A DNA stretch of 64,000 nt from Terriglobia bacterium. GTDB taxonomy: Bacteria > Acidobacteriota > Terriglobia > Bryobacterales > Bryobacteraceae. The position numbers and the translations under genes were made by a program. Within the stretch, counting starts at the first letter, position 1. Each line of letters opens with the position of its first letter. The notes beneath the pieces were generated by a model. It did not search any database. It was not told the DNA's origin and worked only from the letters and a program-made list of their open reading frames with translations. The stretch covers positions 31,537-95,536 of the forward strand of contig CAWIZX010000015.1 in NCBI GenBank assembly GCA_963840735.1. The letters run 5' to 3'. Positions 10,272-20,889 of the stretch are shown here, piece by piece.

Positions 10272-11174
10272 AAAAGGCCGGAGAGCCGGCTCCGAACGCG
10301 GGTGCGGCCAGCCCTCCGGAACTGGTCATCATCACCGGCATGAGTGGCTCGGGAAAAGGTTCCGTTCTGCGCGCACTCGAAGATCTCGGCTATTACTCAG
10401 TCGATAACCTTCCGGTCGATTTGATTCCGAAGCTGGCGGAACTGGTCAGGGACGCCACCACAACGCGGCATGCCGCGCTCGTGATCGACGTCCGCGAAGG
10501 TCGCCGGGCTCCGCAAGTTTCCCGCCATATTCCGTCAGATCCGGGGCAGCGTGAATGCCCGGCTGCTCTTTCTTGAGGCCGATGACGAAGCACTGATGCG
10601 GCGCTTCAGTGAGACCCGGCGTCCGCATCCGCTTTCAGGCGGCGATGTCGGTATCGGCGAAAGCATTGCGAAAGAGCGCAAAATGCTCGCGCCGATCCGC
10701 GCGCTGGCGGAGATCACGATCAACACATCGAAGTTCAACGTTCACGACCTTCGCGGCTTCATCAAGCAGAAGTTTCAGGGCGATACCGAACAGGCCCGGA
10801 TTCTGGTCTCGATTGTGAGCTTCGGCTTTCGTCACGGCCTGCCGCCCGATTGCGATCTGGTTTTCGATGTCCGCTTTCTTCCGAACCCAAACTACATTCC
10901 GAAATTCAAAAAGCTGACGGGCCGCAACCCGGCAGTGGCTCGTTATATCCGCTCGTTTCCGCAGACAGGTGAGTTCATGCAGCGCATCACCGACCTGCTC
11001 GTCTATCTGCTCCCGCATTACATTCGCGAGGGCAAAAGCTATCTCACAATAGGGTTCGGCTGTACCGGGGGGCACCACCGTTCGGTGATGATCGCCGATC
11101 AGATCCGCAAAAATCTGGCAAGTGCCGGATACCAATCCAAGGTGACTCACCGTGATGCTACGAAGCCTGTTTAG
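10268..11174 (+). CDS. rapZ: RNase adapter protein RapZ (YhbJ). One frame change at about 10498.
   Basis: Walker A (ITGMSGSGKGS), LFLEADDEALMRRFSETRRPHPL, DVRFLPNPNY, GCTGGHHRSV. The GTG start overlaps the hpf stop (GTGA). Split between ORFs 10220..10576 and 10551..11174. Confidence 0.9.
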
Positions 11175-12383
11175 CTGCACTGTTAGCTGCATTTTTGCCC
11201 TCGCTTGTCTCGTCCCTTCAGCCCAGGCCTACTCGGTCCTGAGCCATGAGGCGATTATCGACGCTGCCTGGGACACCTCGATCAAGCCTCTGCTGCTGCA
11301 ACATTTCCCGGGCGCCTCGGAGGACGATCTCCGCAAGGCTCATGGCTATGCGTACGGCGGCGCCATCATTCAGGATATGGGCTACTATCCGTTTGGCAGC
11401 CACCTGTTCAGCGATCTCACGCACTACGTCCGGAGCGGCGATTTCGTGCAGAACATGATCGCGGGAGCCGAAGATCTGAACGAATACGCGTTCGCGCTCG
11501 GCTCGCTCGCTCATTACGCCTCGGATACCCTGGGGCACCCCGCCGTAAACCGATGCGGTTCCAATGCTCTACCCCAAGGTGCGGGCGAAGTTTGGCGATG
11601 TCGCCACTTACGAGGACAACCCCGCCGATCACCTGAAAACCGAATTCTCTTTCGACGTGGCCGAGGTGGCATCGAATCACTATGCGCCCATCGCGTATCA
11701 CGATTTCATCGGCTTCGAAGTTTCGAAGCCCCTGCTCGAGCGGGCCTTTCTGCAGACCTACGGCATTCCGCTAAAGGACATCTCGCTGAGCCTCGATCTG
11801 GCACTCGGCACCTACCGGCGAACGCGTTTCGAGCATCATCCCGCAGATGACCAGAGTCGCATGGGCTGAAAAGAGGAAAGAGCTTGTGCAGGCGACCCCC
11901 GGCATTACCAAGCGTCAGTTTATCTACGCGGTCTCTCGTTCCAGCTATGAAAAAGAGTGGGGAGCGAATTACGAAAAGCCGGGCGCGTGGTCGCGTTTCC
12001 TCGCGTTCCTGTTCCGAATCGTCCCGAAAGTGGGCCCTTTCAAAGCCCTGGCCTTTCATGCGCCCACCGCGGAAGCGGAGAAACTCTTTATGGCCGGGTT
12101 CGTGAAGACTCTTGCAGGGTACCAGGAGAAACTGGCCGAGGTGAAATCGACCGGGAAGCCGGCGCTCCCGAACGCAAACTTCGATGTCGGCACGCCCTCT
12201 CATTTCGGCGCCTATCGGCTGGCAGATGAGGCTTCGAACAAGCTGCTGATCAAGCTTGACGATAAAAAATTCAGTACCGCCGATCCGGATCTGCGCAAAG
12301 AACTGCTTCGGTTCTACGGGAAGCAGGAGCCGAAGGACCCCAAGGCCGCCGCCGCTCTGGCTGACCTCCGCGCCGCCGCCTGA
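11152..12383 (+). CDS. Zinc-dependent phospholipase C-like secreted protein. Two frame changes (about 11550 and about 11825).
   Basis: Signal peptide, then AYSVLSHEAIIDAAW...GYAYGGAIIQDMGYYPFG...LGSLAHYASDTLGHPAVN (His-rich zinc PLC-like motifs). Continues through ORFs 11564..11869 and 11847..12383. Confidence 0.65.
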
Positions 12384-12432
12384 TTTTACAGTCCGGTGCT
12401 ATTCTGGGTTTGCGAAAAGGGGTCGCGGATAC

Positions 12433-12933
12433 GTGGATCTGAATCTCGAAACTTTGAAGACCGAAATCCTCGATTACCTTGGTGCGTCGGACTTCGCCCT
12501 GTTCCGCAGCCACTCGGGCGCGCTGGACGGCATGTCCGTAATCACGTGGGATACGGAACGCTTTCCCGACTACCGCATGTTTCTCGATGTGGCGCGCAAA
12601 GCCGGGCAGAAGCTGATTCTGTTCGCTTCCCGCGAACTGGACGAGGCGGAAGTGGAAGACGCCCTCGAAGAACTTGAAGACGCCGGCCTGGAGCGCGACG
12701 AAAAGCGCGAGTTCGAAACCCGCATTCGGGCGGCGGGCAGGCATGCAGGTTCCACGTGCGCCCTCGAGATCGCTTTCGATTACAACTCGCACCTCTACGT
12801 TTACGAACTGCAGCCGGACTGGTATGAAGAGTTTAACGAAGCCTGCGAAGAACTGGCGACCATGATTGGGCCGCTGGACGAAGTAGAGAGCGACGAAAAC
12901 GACAGTCTCGGCGGCTTCTATTCCAACAACTAA
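12433..12933 (+). CDS. Hypothetical acidic protein
   Basis: The ORF frame is continuous. A GTG at 12433 (VDLNLETLKTEILDYL) is a plausible start after the upstream gene ends at 12383. No domain recognised. Confidence 0.45.
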   Translation: MDLNLETLKTEILDYLGASDFALFRSHSGALDGMSVITWDTERFPDYRMFLDVARKAGQKLILFASRELDEAEVEDALEELEDAGLERDEKREFETRIRAAGRHAGSTCALEIAFDYNSHLYVYELQPDWYEEFNEACEELATMIGPLDEVESDENDSLGGFYSNN

Positions 12934-13006
12934 CAGCGTCTGGAATTTTCCGGACGCATCCGAAGAACAGTCTGTCCGCCAATTAGCGGCGGAGTTATCC
13001 GTCCCG

Positions 13007-14656
13007 GTGGCAGCAGCCTGCATCCTGTGGAACAGGGGATACCGCGATGCCGCGGCCGCTTTCAGGTTCCTGAATCCGCGCATCGAAGATATGCACGACC
13101 CGTTTCTGCTGCGCGACATGGATCGCGCAGTCGAGCGTCTCCGTGTCGCTGCAGAGCAGGGGGAGCATATTGAAATCCACGGCGACTATGACGTGGATGG
13201 CGTCGTCTCAACCGTAGTACTGAAAAAGGCGCTCGAGATGATCGGCGCTACTGCTTCATGGCATATCCCGCACCGGCTGCAGGATGGTTATGGAATGCAG
13301 GTGTCGGCGGTCGAAGAGGCCGCGGCGCGTGGCGTCCGTGTGATTGTCAGCGTGGACAACGGGATTCGCGCCGGAGCGGCCATTCAGCGTGCCCGCGAAC
13401 TGGATATCGACGTGATCGTGACCGATCACCATCTTCCTGAAGCCGACCTGCCGCCCGCGCTCGCTGTGGTCAATCCGAGTCGCAGGGACTGCGATTATCC
13501 GAATCCAAACCTCTGCGGCGCCGGTGTAGCGCTGAAGCTGGCGCATGGAATTCTCTCGCGCGCAGGTTGGCCGCCGGCTAAGTTGTTCCGCGTGCTCGAG
13601 TCGTTTCTCAAGATGGTCGCGATCGCCACCGTCGCGGACATTGTTCCGCTCACCGGCGAGAACCGCGTTATTGTCAGGCACGGACTGAACGGTTTGAAAG
13701 ATGTGCGCAACTTAGGTTTGCGGGCATTGCTCGAGGCAGCCGGATTCAGCGGTAAGGTTCCCACGGCAAGCGAAGTCGGGTTTCGCATCGCACCCGCGAT
13801 CAACGCGTCGGGCCGGATGGATAGCGCGGGCCAGGCGGTCCGCATGTTTCTGACCGGCGATTCGGAGGAGGCCGGACAGATTGCGCGTGAACTCTTCACT
13901 CTGAATCAGGAACGCCAGGCCGCCGAGCGCGCCATCGTGAATGAAATTCTCGAACGCTGCCTGGAAACACCCGTAACGGACAGCGATGCCGCGCTGGTGT
14001 TTTGGGGAGAAGGATGGCACCGCGGAGTTGTGGGAATTGTAGCCAGCCGCGTCATGCAGCGTTACTGCCGGCCGGCCATCGTGATGGGCGTTGAAAACGG
14101 AGTCGCGCAGGGTTCCGGCCGCAGCATCGAAGCGTTTCATCTGCTGGATGCGCTCGAAAGCATGCGGGGGCTGTTTACCAGGTTCGGCGGCCATGCGCAC
14201 GCGGCCGGCCTGACGCTTCCCGCAGGCTCTTTGGAGGAATTGCGTTCTCGGCTCCGGTCGTATGCGGCAGAGCGGCTCACTTCCGATGACATGCGGCCTG
14301 TCGTGAAAATCGACGCGGTGCTCGAACTGAACGAAGTAGATGAAAAACTCTGGTCCGCGCTCGAACAGATCGCCCCGTTCGGAATGGACAATCCCAAGCC
14401 ATTGTTCGCAGCGAGGGGAGTGCAACTCGCAGGCATGCCGCAGCCGTGGAAGGACAAACACCTGAAGATCGCCGTCAAACAGAATGGCCGTACCGTGGTG
14501 CTGAAGGGCTTCGGGATGGCCGAATGCGCTTCCTCATGGAACACTGCCGCGAAGATTGACATCGCGTTCGAAATTGAGCGCGACTGGTTCGGCGGCCTGG
14601 GCCTGCTCGCGCGTGACTGCCGGCCCTGCGAAGCCGCGCTCGAAATTGGCGCCTGA
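13007..14656 (+). CDS. recJ: Single-stranded-DNA-specific exonuclease RecJ
   Basis: DHH motifs (IHGDYDVDGVVS, VDNG, VTDHH) and DHHA1 (GGHAHAAG). RecJ-like N-terminal sequence (WNFPDASEEQSVRQLAAELSVP) continues in frame back to about 12935 without a canonical start, so the true start is uncertain. Confidence 0.9.
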   Translation: MAAACILWNRGYRDAAAAFRFLNPRIEDMHDPFLLRDMDRAVERLRVAAEQGEHIEIHGDYDVDGVVSTVVLKKALEMIGATASWHIPHRLQDGYGMQVSAVEEAAARGVRVIVSVDNGIRAGAAIQRARELDIDVIVTDHHLPEADLPPALAVVNPSRRDCDYPNPNLCGAGVALKLAHGILSRAGWPPAKLFRVLESFLKMVAIATVADIVPLTGENRVIVRHGLNGLKDVRNLGLRALLEAAGFSGKVPTASEVGFRIAPAINASGRMDSAGQAVRMFLTGDSEEAGQIARELFTLNQERQAAERAIVNEILERCLETPVTDSDAALVFWGEGWHRGVVGIVASRVMQRYCRPAIVMGVENGVAQGSGRSIEAFHLLDALESMRGLFTRFGGHAHAAGLTLPAGSLEELRSRLRSYAAERLTSDDMRPVVKIDAVLELNEVDEKLWSALEQIAPFGMDNPKPLFAARGVQLAGMPQPWKDKHLKIAVKQNGRTVVLKGFGMAECASSWNTAAKIDIAFEIERDWFGGLGLLARDCRPCEAALEIGA

Positions 14657-14693
14657 TTCGGCGCGGGCCGGCTTTGATACAAATGAAGCTGCC

Positions 14694-15644
14694 GTGAACA
14701 GACGAAGCTTCCTCGCCACTACCGCCGCAGTCGCCATGCCGGACCTCAACGCTGCGCCCGCTTCCATTCCGATCGTCGATTGCCATATCCATCTGTTCGA
14801 TGTGGACCGTCCCGGGGGAGTGCCATGGCCGGAGAAGTCCGATAAGGCTTTGTATAAGACGGCATCCATGGAGCGTTACCGCAAGATCGCGGGGCCTCTC
14901 GGGATCGTGGGCGCGATTGAAGTGGAAGCAAGCCCGCTCGTTCGAAGACAACCAGTATGTTCTGGACATCGCCGCGAAAGACAAGATGCTCGTGGGCACA
15001 GTCGGGGATCTCGAGCCGGATAAACCAGAGTTTCGAAGCCAGCTTGAGCGCTTCCACAGGAATCCGCTGTTCCGCGGCATTCGCTATGGCAACATCTGGA
15101 ACCGGGACCTGAGTACCGCGGTCAAAAACGCCGGACTTCATTGCCGGAATTAAGATGCTGGCGGACGCGGGTCTCTCGATGGACTCGGCCAACCCCGACC
15201 CGAAGCTGATCGCGGCCATCGTATACCTCACGGACAAGGTTCCGTCGCTGCGCGTGATTATCGACCATCTGCCTCGTCTCGAAAAGCCGACGGGCGCTGC
15301 CGCCCTCAAGGCCTATCGAGGCGGACCTGCATGAACTGGGCAAACGTAAGCAGGTATATGTGAAGGTGTCCGGAGTGGCAAGAAGGGTTAACGGCAAGGT
15401 CCCGGAAGACCCGGCTTTCTACACAAGCACAATTGACGAACTTTGGGACATCTTCGGCGAAGACAGGCTGATTTACGGCAGCGACTGGCCGAACAGCGAT
15501 CAGTGGGCCGAGTATCCGGTGGAACTCAGGATTGTCCGCGCATATTTCATGGCGAAGGGTCAGGCCGCGGCTGAAAAATACTTCTGGAAGAATTCGCTCG
15601 CGGCGTATCGGTGGATCCACCGCGACAAGTCGCAGCCGGCGTAA
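14694..15644 (+). CDS. Amidohydrolase-2 (PF04909-like) metal-dependent hydrolase with a Tat-like signal. Three frame changes (about 14938, 15133 and 15317).
   Basis: MNRRSFLATTAAVAMP, then IVDCHIHLFD (HxH metal motif), VIIDHLP, LIYGSDWP. The pieces lie in four frames/ORFs (14556.., 14800.., an unlisted frame-2 segment, and 15360..). Confidence 0.75.
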
Positions 15645-15648
15645 GGCG

Positions 15649-16547
15649 TCAGATTCCGAAGGGCCAGACCTGCTGCACTGTCTTGCCGAGTATCCATTCA
15701 CGATCGGCGCCGTTGATGAAATCGAGGTGGTCGCGGAAGAGTTCCACCGCCTGAGCGTAGGGGAGTTGTTTGAGGCTGATCGGCCAGTCGGTGCCCCACA
15801 TGAGGCGCTTCGCTCCGAATTTGTCGTACAGTCGTTTCACCTGCGCCTGCGCGTCAGGGTAGGGATAAGGCTGCTTTGAGAGCGACCACATGTGCGAGAT
15901 CTTGACGAACACTTTGGGATAGCGGCTAAGCGCAAGCAGCGCGTCGAGCTTTTCGGGCTGGGCGAGCGGCGAATCCGCCTGATGATCGATCACCACCGTC
16001 AGGCCGGGAGTTTTGCTCGATCAGTGGCACCAGATCCGGGATCCGGCCGATGGGCGCGAGCACCGTCATCGGAACCTTCAGTTGCTGCGCAACGCTTCCA
16101 GAGCGGCGGCATCAGAGGACCGCGAATCCAGTCTCCGGCGGCAGTTTCGGCGGGGCTCAGGCGTACGCCGTGAAAACCATTGTCCTCCGTCAGCCGGCTG
16201 AGTTGGTCAGGCGCGGCAGGGTCTTCCGGGTTGACCCGGCACACGCCTTTGAAGTACTGCGGGTACCGCTTCAGCACATCCGCCAGATAGCTGTTGTCCC
16301 AGCGGTAATGAATCACCTGAATGATGACGGTGCGGGAGACGCCGTTTGCCTTCATCAGTTCAAGCAGCATCTCGGCGGACGCATCTTCGGGCGGGGGATG
16401 GGCGCCATCCGCAAAGGGAAACTTCGGATCGTGCTTCCACACGTGGACATGCGAATCGATCAGCAGCGGTTTGGCCGCAGCGGCACGAAGGCTTATCCCT
16501 GTCAGAGTACTGGCGAGCGCCCCCGCCACAAAACTTCGTCGATTCAT
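15649..16547 (-). CDS. Amidohydrolase-2 (PF04909-like) hydrolase with a Tat-like signal. Two frame changes (about 16093 and about 16007).
   Basis: MNRRSFVAGALAS, LIDSHVHVW, VVIDHQAD, LMWGTDWP. ORFs 15999..16547 and 15649..15996, plus a middle segment QQLKVPMTVLAPIGRIPDLVPLIEQNSR in the third frame. Confidence 0.75.
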
Positions 16548-16621
16548 TGTTTTGCGTCCAATCTCGTTTGGGAGTTTATCGCACGGATTGCCGGGCTGAC
16601 TAAATCAGACCTCGCGAAGTC

Positions 16622-16954
16622 ATGAGGCCCAATCAGGATGCTACACTTGACCTGAGCGTGCAGCGCGAACAAAATCAACAGGTTACGGTCCGACAACTGC
16701 CTGAGGGAGACGCGTTTTCCGCAATGCTCGAGGCGCTGGACCACCAACTCCTGCGTTTGAACCTTCTGCCTGAGAACACAGCGCTGAATCTTGGCGCGGG
16801 CGCGCTGGTTGAGGTCAACTGTAGCCGCACTTTGTTCCTTGGAGAAGTTACCGCGAGAGACGGCGGCCGGGTGACGGTCCGAATAGAACACGCGCTGGAC
16901 CGCGCGGCGCTCGAATCCATACAGCAGGTCTGGTATGTTCCTGCTGACGATTAG
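16622..16954 (+). CDS. Small hypothetical protein (110 aa)
   Basis: Intact ORF directly upstream of the sugar-transferase genes. No clear motif; a weak beta-barrel/PilZ-like impression only. Confidence 0.35.
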   Translation: MRPNQDATLDLSVQREQNQQVTVRQLPEGDAFSAMLEALDHQLLRLNLLPENTALNLGAGALVEVNCSRTLFLGEVTARDGGRVTVRIEHALDRAALESIQQVWYVPADD

Positions 16955-16969
16955 CCACCTGCACCCTGT

Positions 16970-18385
16970 ATGAACTCAACCGGCATGATGCTGGCTTTCG
17001 GGAAAGCCTTCCTCGCTTCATTAGTGCTGACGCCGATCGTACGCGACATCTTCCGGTCCTATAACGTCGTAGACCGGCCGGGGCGCCGAAAAGTTCACGC
17101 GTACCCGATCCCCCGCGTCGGCGGTATCCCCATCGCGATTGCCTTTTTTCTGGTCATGCTCTCGCTGCGGGGGACGGATTCCCCGTTTCCCGCTCACTGG
17201 CTGCAAACCGTCCTGTCCGGTGCTCTGATCATTTTCTTCATCGGCCTGGTAGACGATTTCGCGAATTTGAGGCCAACGGTGAAGCTGATGGGGCAAATCG
17301 TGGCGGGCGCTGTGGCGTTCTATAACGGCATCCGCATCGACCAGATTGGCGATTTCTCAATACCGGTCGTAATCGCGCTGCCCCTCACCATTTTTTGGCT
17401 GCTGCTGACGATGAACGCGCTGAACCTGATCGACGGTCTTGACGGACTCTGCGGCGGCGTGGGTTTTTGGGGCACAGTAGCCTTCTTTCTTGCTGCCCTG
17501 ATAAACGGGAATATGGCCCTGGCGTTCACGGTGTTGCCCCTTGCCGGAGCCCTTTGCGCCTTTCTGTTCTTCAACTTCAACCCGGCGACCGTGTTTTTGG
17601 GCGATTCGGGCGCACTGCTGATCGGCTTTCTGCTGGGCTGCTTCGGGATCGTCTGGGCGGACCACCAAATCACCCCCATCACGATCGTATTTCCCGTCTT
17701 TGTACTGTGCGTCCCCATGCTGGATTTGGGCCTGTCCATCGTTCGCCGGAGCCTGAAGAACCAGCCCATCTTTTCGGCCGACCGCGGTCATATCCATCAT
17801 CGGCTGCTGGATCGAGGCCTGAGTGTCCGGCGCGCCGCCTCCGCTCTCTACGGAGCGGAGATTACCGGGATAGTCTTCGGATTACTTCTAAACTACCTGG
17901 CCTTTTACAAATCCGGGCGGTGGTACCTCGTACTGGATGTCGCAGTTTTGCTATCCGGCGTGATTACATTGACGATTGGAGTGCGATTTCTGAGGTACGC
18001 TGAATTTGAGGTCGCGGCAGGAATATTGTTCAACGGAGAATTTCGCACCGTTTTCGCACAGAAGCTTCGAATGCAGCAACTGGGTGTGTCGCTGAAGCAC
18101 GCTCGGACGGTGGAAGAATGGTGGCGGATTCTGACTGCTGCGGCTCATGACGAAAACTGGATCCGTTTGAGGTGGAATGCGGGGCGCGTTCTCCGTGAGG
18201 AACACATCGCGGAGAGAGCCCCGTCATGGTTATTCGTAATTGAACTCGGTTCCGGTGAATCCATCCAGGTGGAGGGCGATACGCAGTCCGCGCGGCGCTC
18301 TTCAGATTTGGTCGCCCTTTCGGACGTTGTCAGCCGGAGTTTCCTGCAAAGCCGGCACGAGTGGGAACCATCGGCGCATTCTTAA
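16970..18385 (+). CDS. MraY/WecA-family polyprenyl-phosphate N-acetylhexosamine-1-phosphate transferase with a C-terminal extension
   Basis: VDRPGRRKVHAYPIPRVGG, GLVDDFANL, NLIDGLDGL, FNFNPATVFLGDSGA and multiple TM segments. About 130 extra C-terminal residues of unknown function. Confidence 0.85.
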   Translation: MNSTGMMLAFGKAFLASLVLTPIVRDIFRSYNVVDRPGRRKVHAYPIPRVGGIPIAIAFFLVMLSLRGTDSPFPAHWLQTVLSGALIIFFIGLVDDFANLRPTVKLMGQIVAGAVAFYNGIRIDQIGDFSIPVVIALPLTIFWLLLTMNALNLIDGLDGLCGGVGFWGTVAFFLAALINGNMALAFTVLPLAGALCAFLFFNFNPATVFLGDSGALLIGFLLGCFGIVWADHQITPITIVFPVFVLCVPMLDLGLSIVRRSLKNQPIFSADRGHIHHRLLDRGLSVRRAASALYGAEITGIVFGLLLNYLAFYKSGRWYLVLDVAVLLSGVITLTIGVRFLRYAEFEVAAGILFNGEFRTVFAQKLRMQQLGVSLKHARTVEEWWRILTAAAHDENWIRLRWNAGRVLREEHIAERAPSWLFVIELGSGESIQVEGDTQSARRSSDLVALSDVVSRSFLQSRHEWEPSAHS

Positions 18386-19719
18386 TGCGTCTTCCTAAAC
18401 GCATTATCGACTTGTTGCTGATTGCCGCCGGGTTCGGCGCCGCACTCCTGATTCACAATTACGTGTTCCATGGCGGGCTCGGCGTCTACGGCGCTTTGGC
18501 TGGGCTCGGAACGTCAATTATCGCGTTCTGGGTAGCAATTGAGTTAAGGAACGGAAGCGGCAATGAGCCGGCGGTGTCCTGGTGGGTGGTCTTCATCGAA
18601 CAGTTCTGCCTCGGCACCGGCGTCAACCTGCTGCTGCATTCGGTGCTGACTTACGCGCTCTTCATCCGAAGGACACCGATTCTGATCGTGCTTGGCGGTT
18701 TTTTTGCCGCCGGCTTACTCACTATCTACGCGCGCTGGCGCAATGAACAGGGCCAGGCGCAACAGAGATTTCTGCTGGTGGGTTTCGATTCCGTCACTGC
18801 GAGCGTCATGCGGCACATCCGTCAGCCTCTGATCGGCGCCATTGCAGCCGATGCCGCGCAGTTACCGCCAGGCACTCCATGGCTGGGCGGCTTCGGTGCT
18901 CTCGAAGCCGTACTCGCTCAGTATCGCCCCACCAACATCGTAGTGAATATGAGGGAGTGGAGCCGCCGAATCCCTCCGGCCGTGCTGCTTCGGTGCCGCC
19001 TTGCCGGCGTCGAGGTCGAGGGTGCGCCCGCGCTATACGAAAAACTGCTCAACCGGGTTTGTTGCGAGCGCCTGCGGCCCGGCGATTTGTTGCTTTCTTC
19101 CGCGCTCCGGGGCGACAGCAGAACCATGGCGATTCAGGCGGTCTACACGAATCTGATTGGCCTGTTGCTGCTGCTGCTGCTTTCGCCCCTGCTGGTCCTG
19201 ATTGCGCTCACGATTGCGATGACCAGCGGCCCCGGCCCAATGTTCGAGAGTTTCGAGTGCGCCGGGTTCCAGTACATCCCGTTCCGGCTGCATCGTTTCC
19301 GTGTACACAAGAACGGAACAAACACGCTGACCGGGGCGGGGCGCTGGATCGAACGCCTGCGCCTCACCAACCTTCCGCAACTGGTGAACGTGGTTCGCGG
19401 CGATATGGCGCTGGTAGGGCCGTCTCCGGTGCGCCTGACTTTCGCGAATTACCTCACTGAGGTAATGCCGTTCTATTCTCATCGCTTTTCGGTAAAACCC
19501 GGCATTCTCGGCTGGGCTCAAATGCATGCGCGGCAACTCGAAAACGCGAGTCCCTCCAATCTCGTTTCGATTGACGAGTGCAGGCAGATAGAATACGACC
19601 TGTTCTACATCAAAGAAGGGTCTTTGTGGATGGATATTGAAATAATGATGGCTCGCCTGCTGCCCGCGGGCCGGCTAAGGGACGACGCCATGCCGGCTTC
19701 TGAATCCGGCGTCGTTTAG
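18385..19719 (+). CDS. Bacterial sugar transferase (polyprenyl glycosylphosphotransferase, WbaP/EpsB-like)
   Basis: C-terminal PF02397-like block: LSPLLVLIALTIAMTSGPGPMFESFECAGFQYIPFRLHRFR...LPQLVNVVRGDMALVGPSPV...KPGILGWAQM. The ATG overlaps the upstream stop (TAATG). Confidence 0.85.
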   Translation: MRLPKRIIDLLLIAAGFGAALLIHNYVFHGGLGVYGALAGLGTSIIAFWVAIELRNGSGNEPAVSWWVVFIEQFCLGTGVNLLLHSVLTYALFIRRTPILIVLGGFFAAGLLTIYARWRNEQGQAQQRFLLVGFDSVTASVMRHIRQPLIGAIAADAAQLPPGTPWLGGFGALEAVLAQYRPTNIVVNMREWSRRIPPAVLLRCRLAGVEVEGAPALYEKLLNRVCCERLRPGDLLLSSALRGDSRTMAIQAVYTNLIGLLLLLLLSPLLVLIALTIAMTSGPGPMFESFECAGFQYIPFRLHRFRVHKNGTNTLTGAGRWIERLRLTNLPQLVNVVRGDMALVGPSPVRLTFANYLTEVMPFYSHRFSVKPGILGWAQMHARQLENASPSNLVSIDECRQIEYDLFYIKEGSLWMDIEIMMARLLPAGRLRDDAMPASESGVV

Positions 19720-19722
19720 AAA

Positions 19723-20889
19723 ATGAACGTAGCTTTTTTCCTGCTCCTCGTCGCGTCGGGCCTCATCTTCTACATAGTGGCGGGCTATCCGTTGCTGCTC
19801 GCGTCGCGCCGCAGTCCCGTTCGTCCGCCGATCGGGAAGGACTTCAGCTTCGAACCCACGGTCAGCGTCATCGTCGCGGTTCACAACGGCGGAGCGGTGG
19901 TGCGGCGCAAGCTGGAGACGCTGTTTGCGCTCGATTATCCGCGTCACCTGATCGACATCACGGTGGTTTCAGACGGCTCGACCGATGAGACAGAAGAAAT
20001 TGTGCGTGAGTACTCCGACCGCGGCGTCCGGCTGCTGGTCGCTCCGCGTGGCGGAAAATCGGCTGCTGTAAACCTCGGCCTGAGTTGCGCGACGGGCGAA
20101 ATCATCTTTTTCACTGACATTCGTCAGCCGCTCGATCCGCAAAGCCTGCGGCATCTGGTGGCCAATTTTGCCGACCAGACCGTAGGCGCCGTAACTGGCG
20201 AACTTCGGCTGCTGAGTGGCGACCAGGGCGAGCAGGCGGATATGGACCTGTACTGGCGGTACGAAGTCTGGGCCCGCAAACGCCATACGGAAATCGATTC
20301 GCTTTTCAACACCACGGGATGTATCTATGCGATTCGCCGTTCGCTGGCCGCGCCTCTGCCCCCGGACACCCTGACTGACGATGCCGTCATGCCACTCAGG
20401 GCCTTTTTTCGCGGCTACCGGGTCATCTTCGACGCTGAAGCCATCGCTTACGACTACCCTGCCCTCGCCGGAACCGAATTCTGGCGCCGCTTCCGAACTC
20501 TCGCCGGTCTTTGGCAGGTCTATGCGCGCATGCCGGAATTATTTACTTCGAAAGACCGCATGCGCTTCCACTTCCTTTCGCATAAATTCAGCCGGCTGAT
20601 GCTGCCGTGGGCTATGCTGCTGTTTTTATTCTCGACGCTGGCGTTGCCGCATTCCCCGTTTCGCACTGGCCTGTTATACCTTGGCGCGGCGTGGCTGTTG
20701 CTGGCGTTTCTGAATGAATTCGTCCCGGCAGGCTCGACCGTCAAACGGTTGACATCCCCCGCCGGCACCCTGCTGATTATGAATGTCGCGTCTTTTGCTT
20801 CAGTGGCGGTCTTTTTCGTTCCGGCAACCAGCCTCTGGACTCAGACCCGCGTCCGGGTGGAACCCCCCGTCACTTCAAAGGCGCGCTGA
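19723..20889 (+). CDS. Membrane-anchored family-2 glycosyltransferase
   Basis: VSVIVAVHNGGAVVRRKLETLFALDYP...VVSDGSTDET...GKSAAVNLGL...FTDIRQ, plus C-terminal TM helices. Confidence 0.85.
   Translation: MNVAFFLLLVASGLIFYIVAGYPLLLASRRSPVRPPIGKDFSFEPTVSVIVAVHNGGAVVRRKLETLFALDYPRHLIDITVVSDGSTDETEEIVREYSDRGVRLLVAPRGGKSAAVNLGLSCATGEIIFFTDIRQPLDPQSLRHLVANFADQTVGAVTGELRLLSGDQGEQADMDLYWRYEVWARKRHTEIDSLFNTTGCIYAIRRSLAAPLPPDTLTDDAVMPLRAFFRGYRVIFDAEAIAYDYPALAGTEFWRRFRTLAGLWQVYARMPELFTSKDRMRFHFLSHKFSRLMLPWAMLLFLFSTLALPHSPFRTGLLYLGAAWLLLAFLNEFVPAGSTVKRLTSPAGTLLIMNVASFASVAVFFVPATSLWTQTRVRVEPPVTSKAR

Noticed and set aside
19155-19185. CTG trinucleotide repeat (ctgttgctgctgctgctgctt)
   Set aside because: It simply encodes a poly-Leu stretch (LLLLLLL) of a transmembrane helix in the sugar transferase. 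It is short and in frame.
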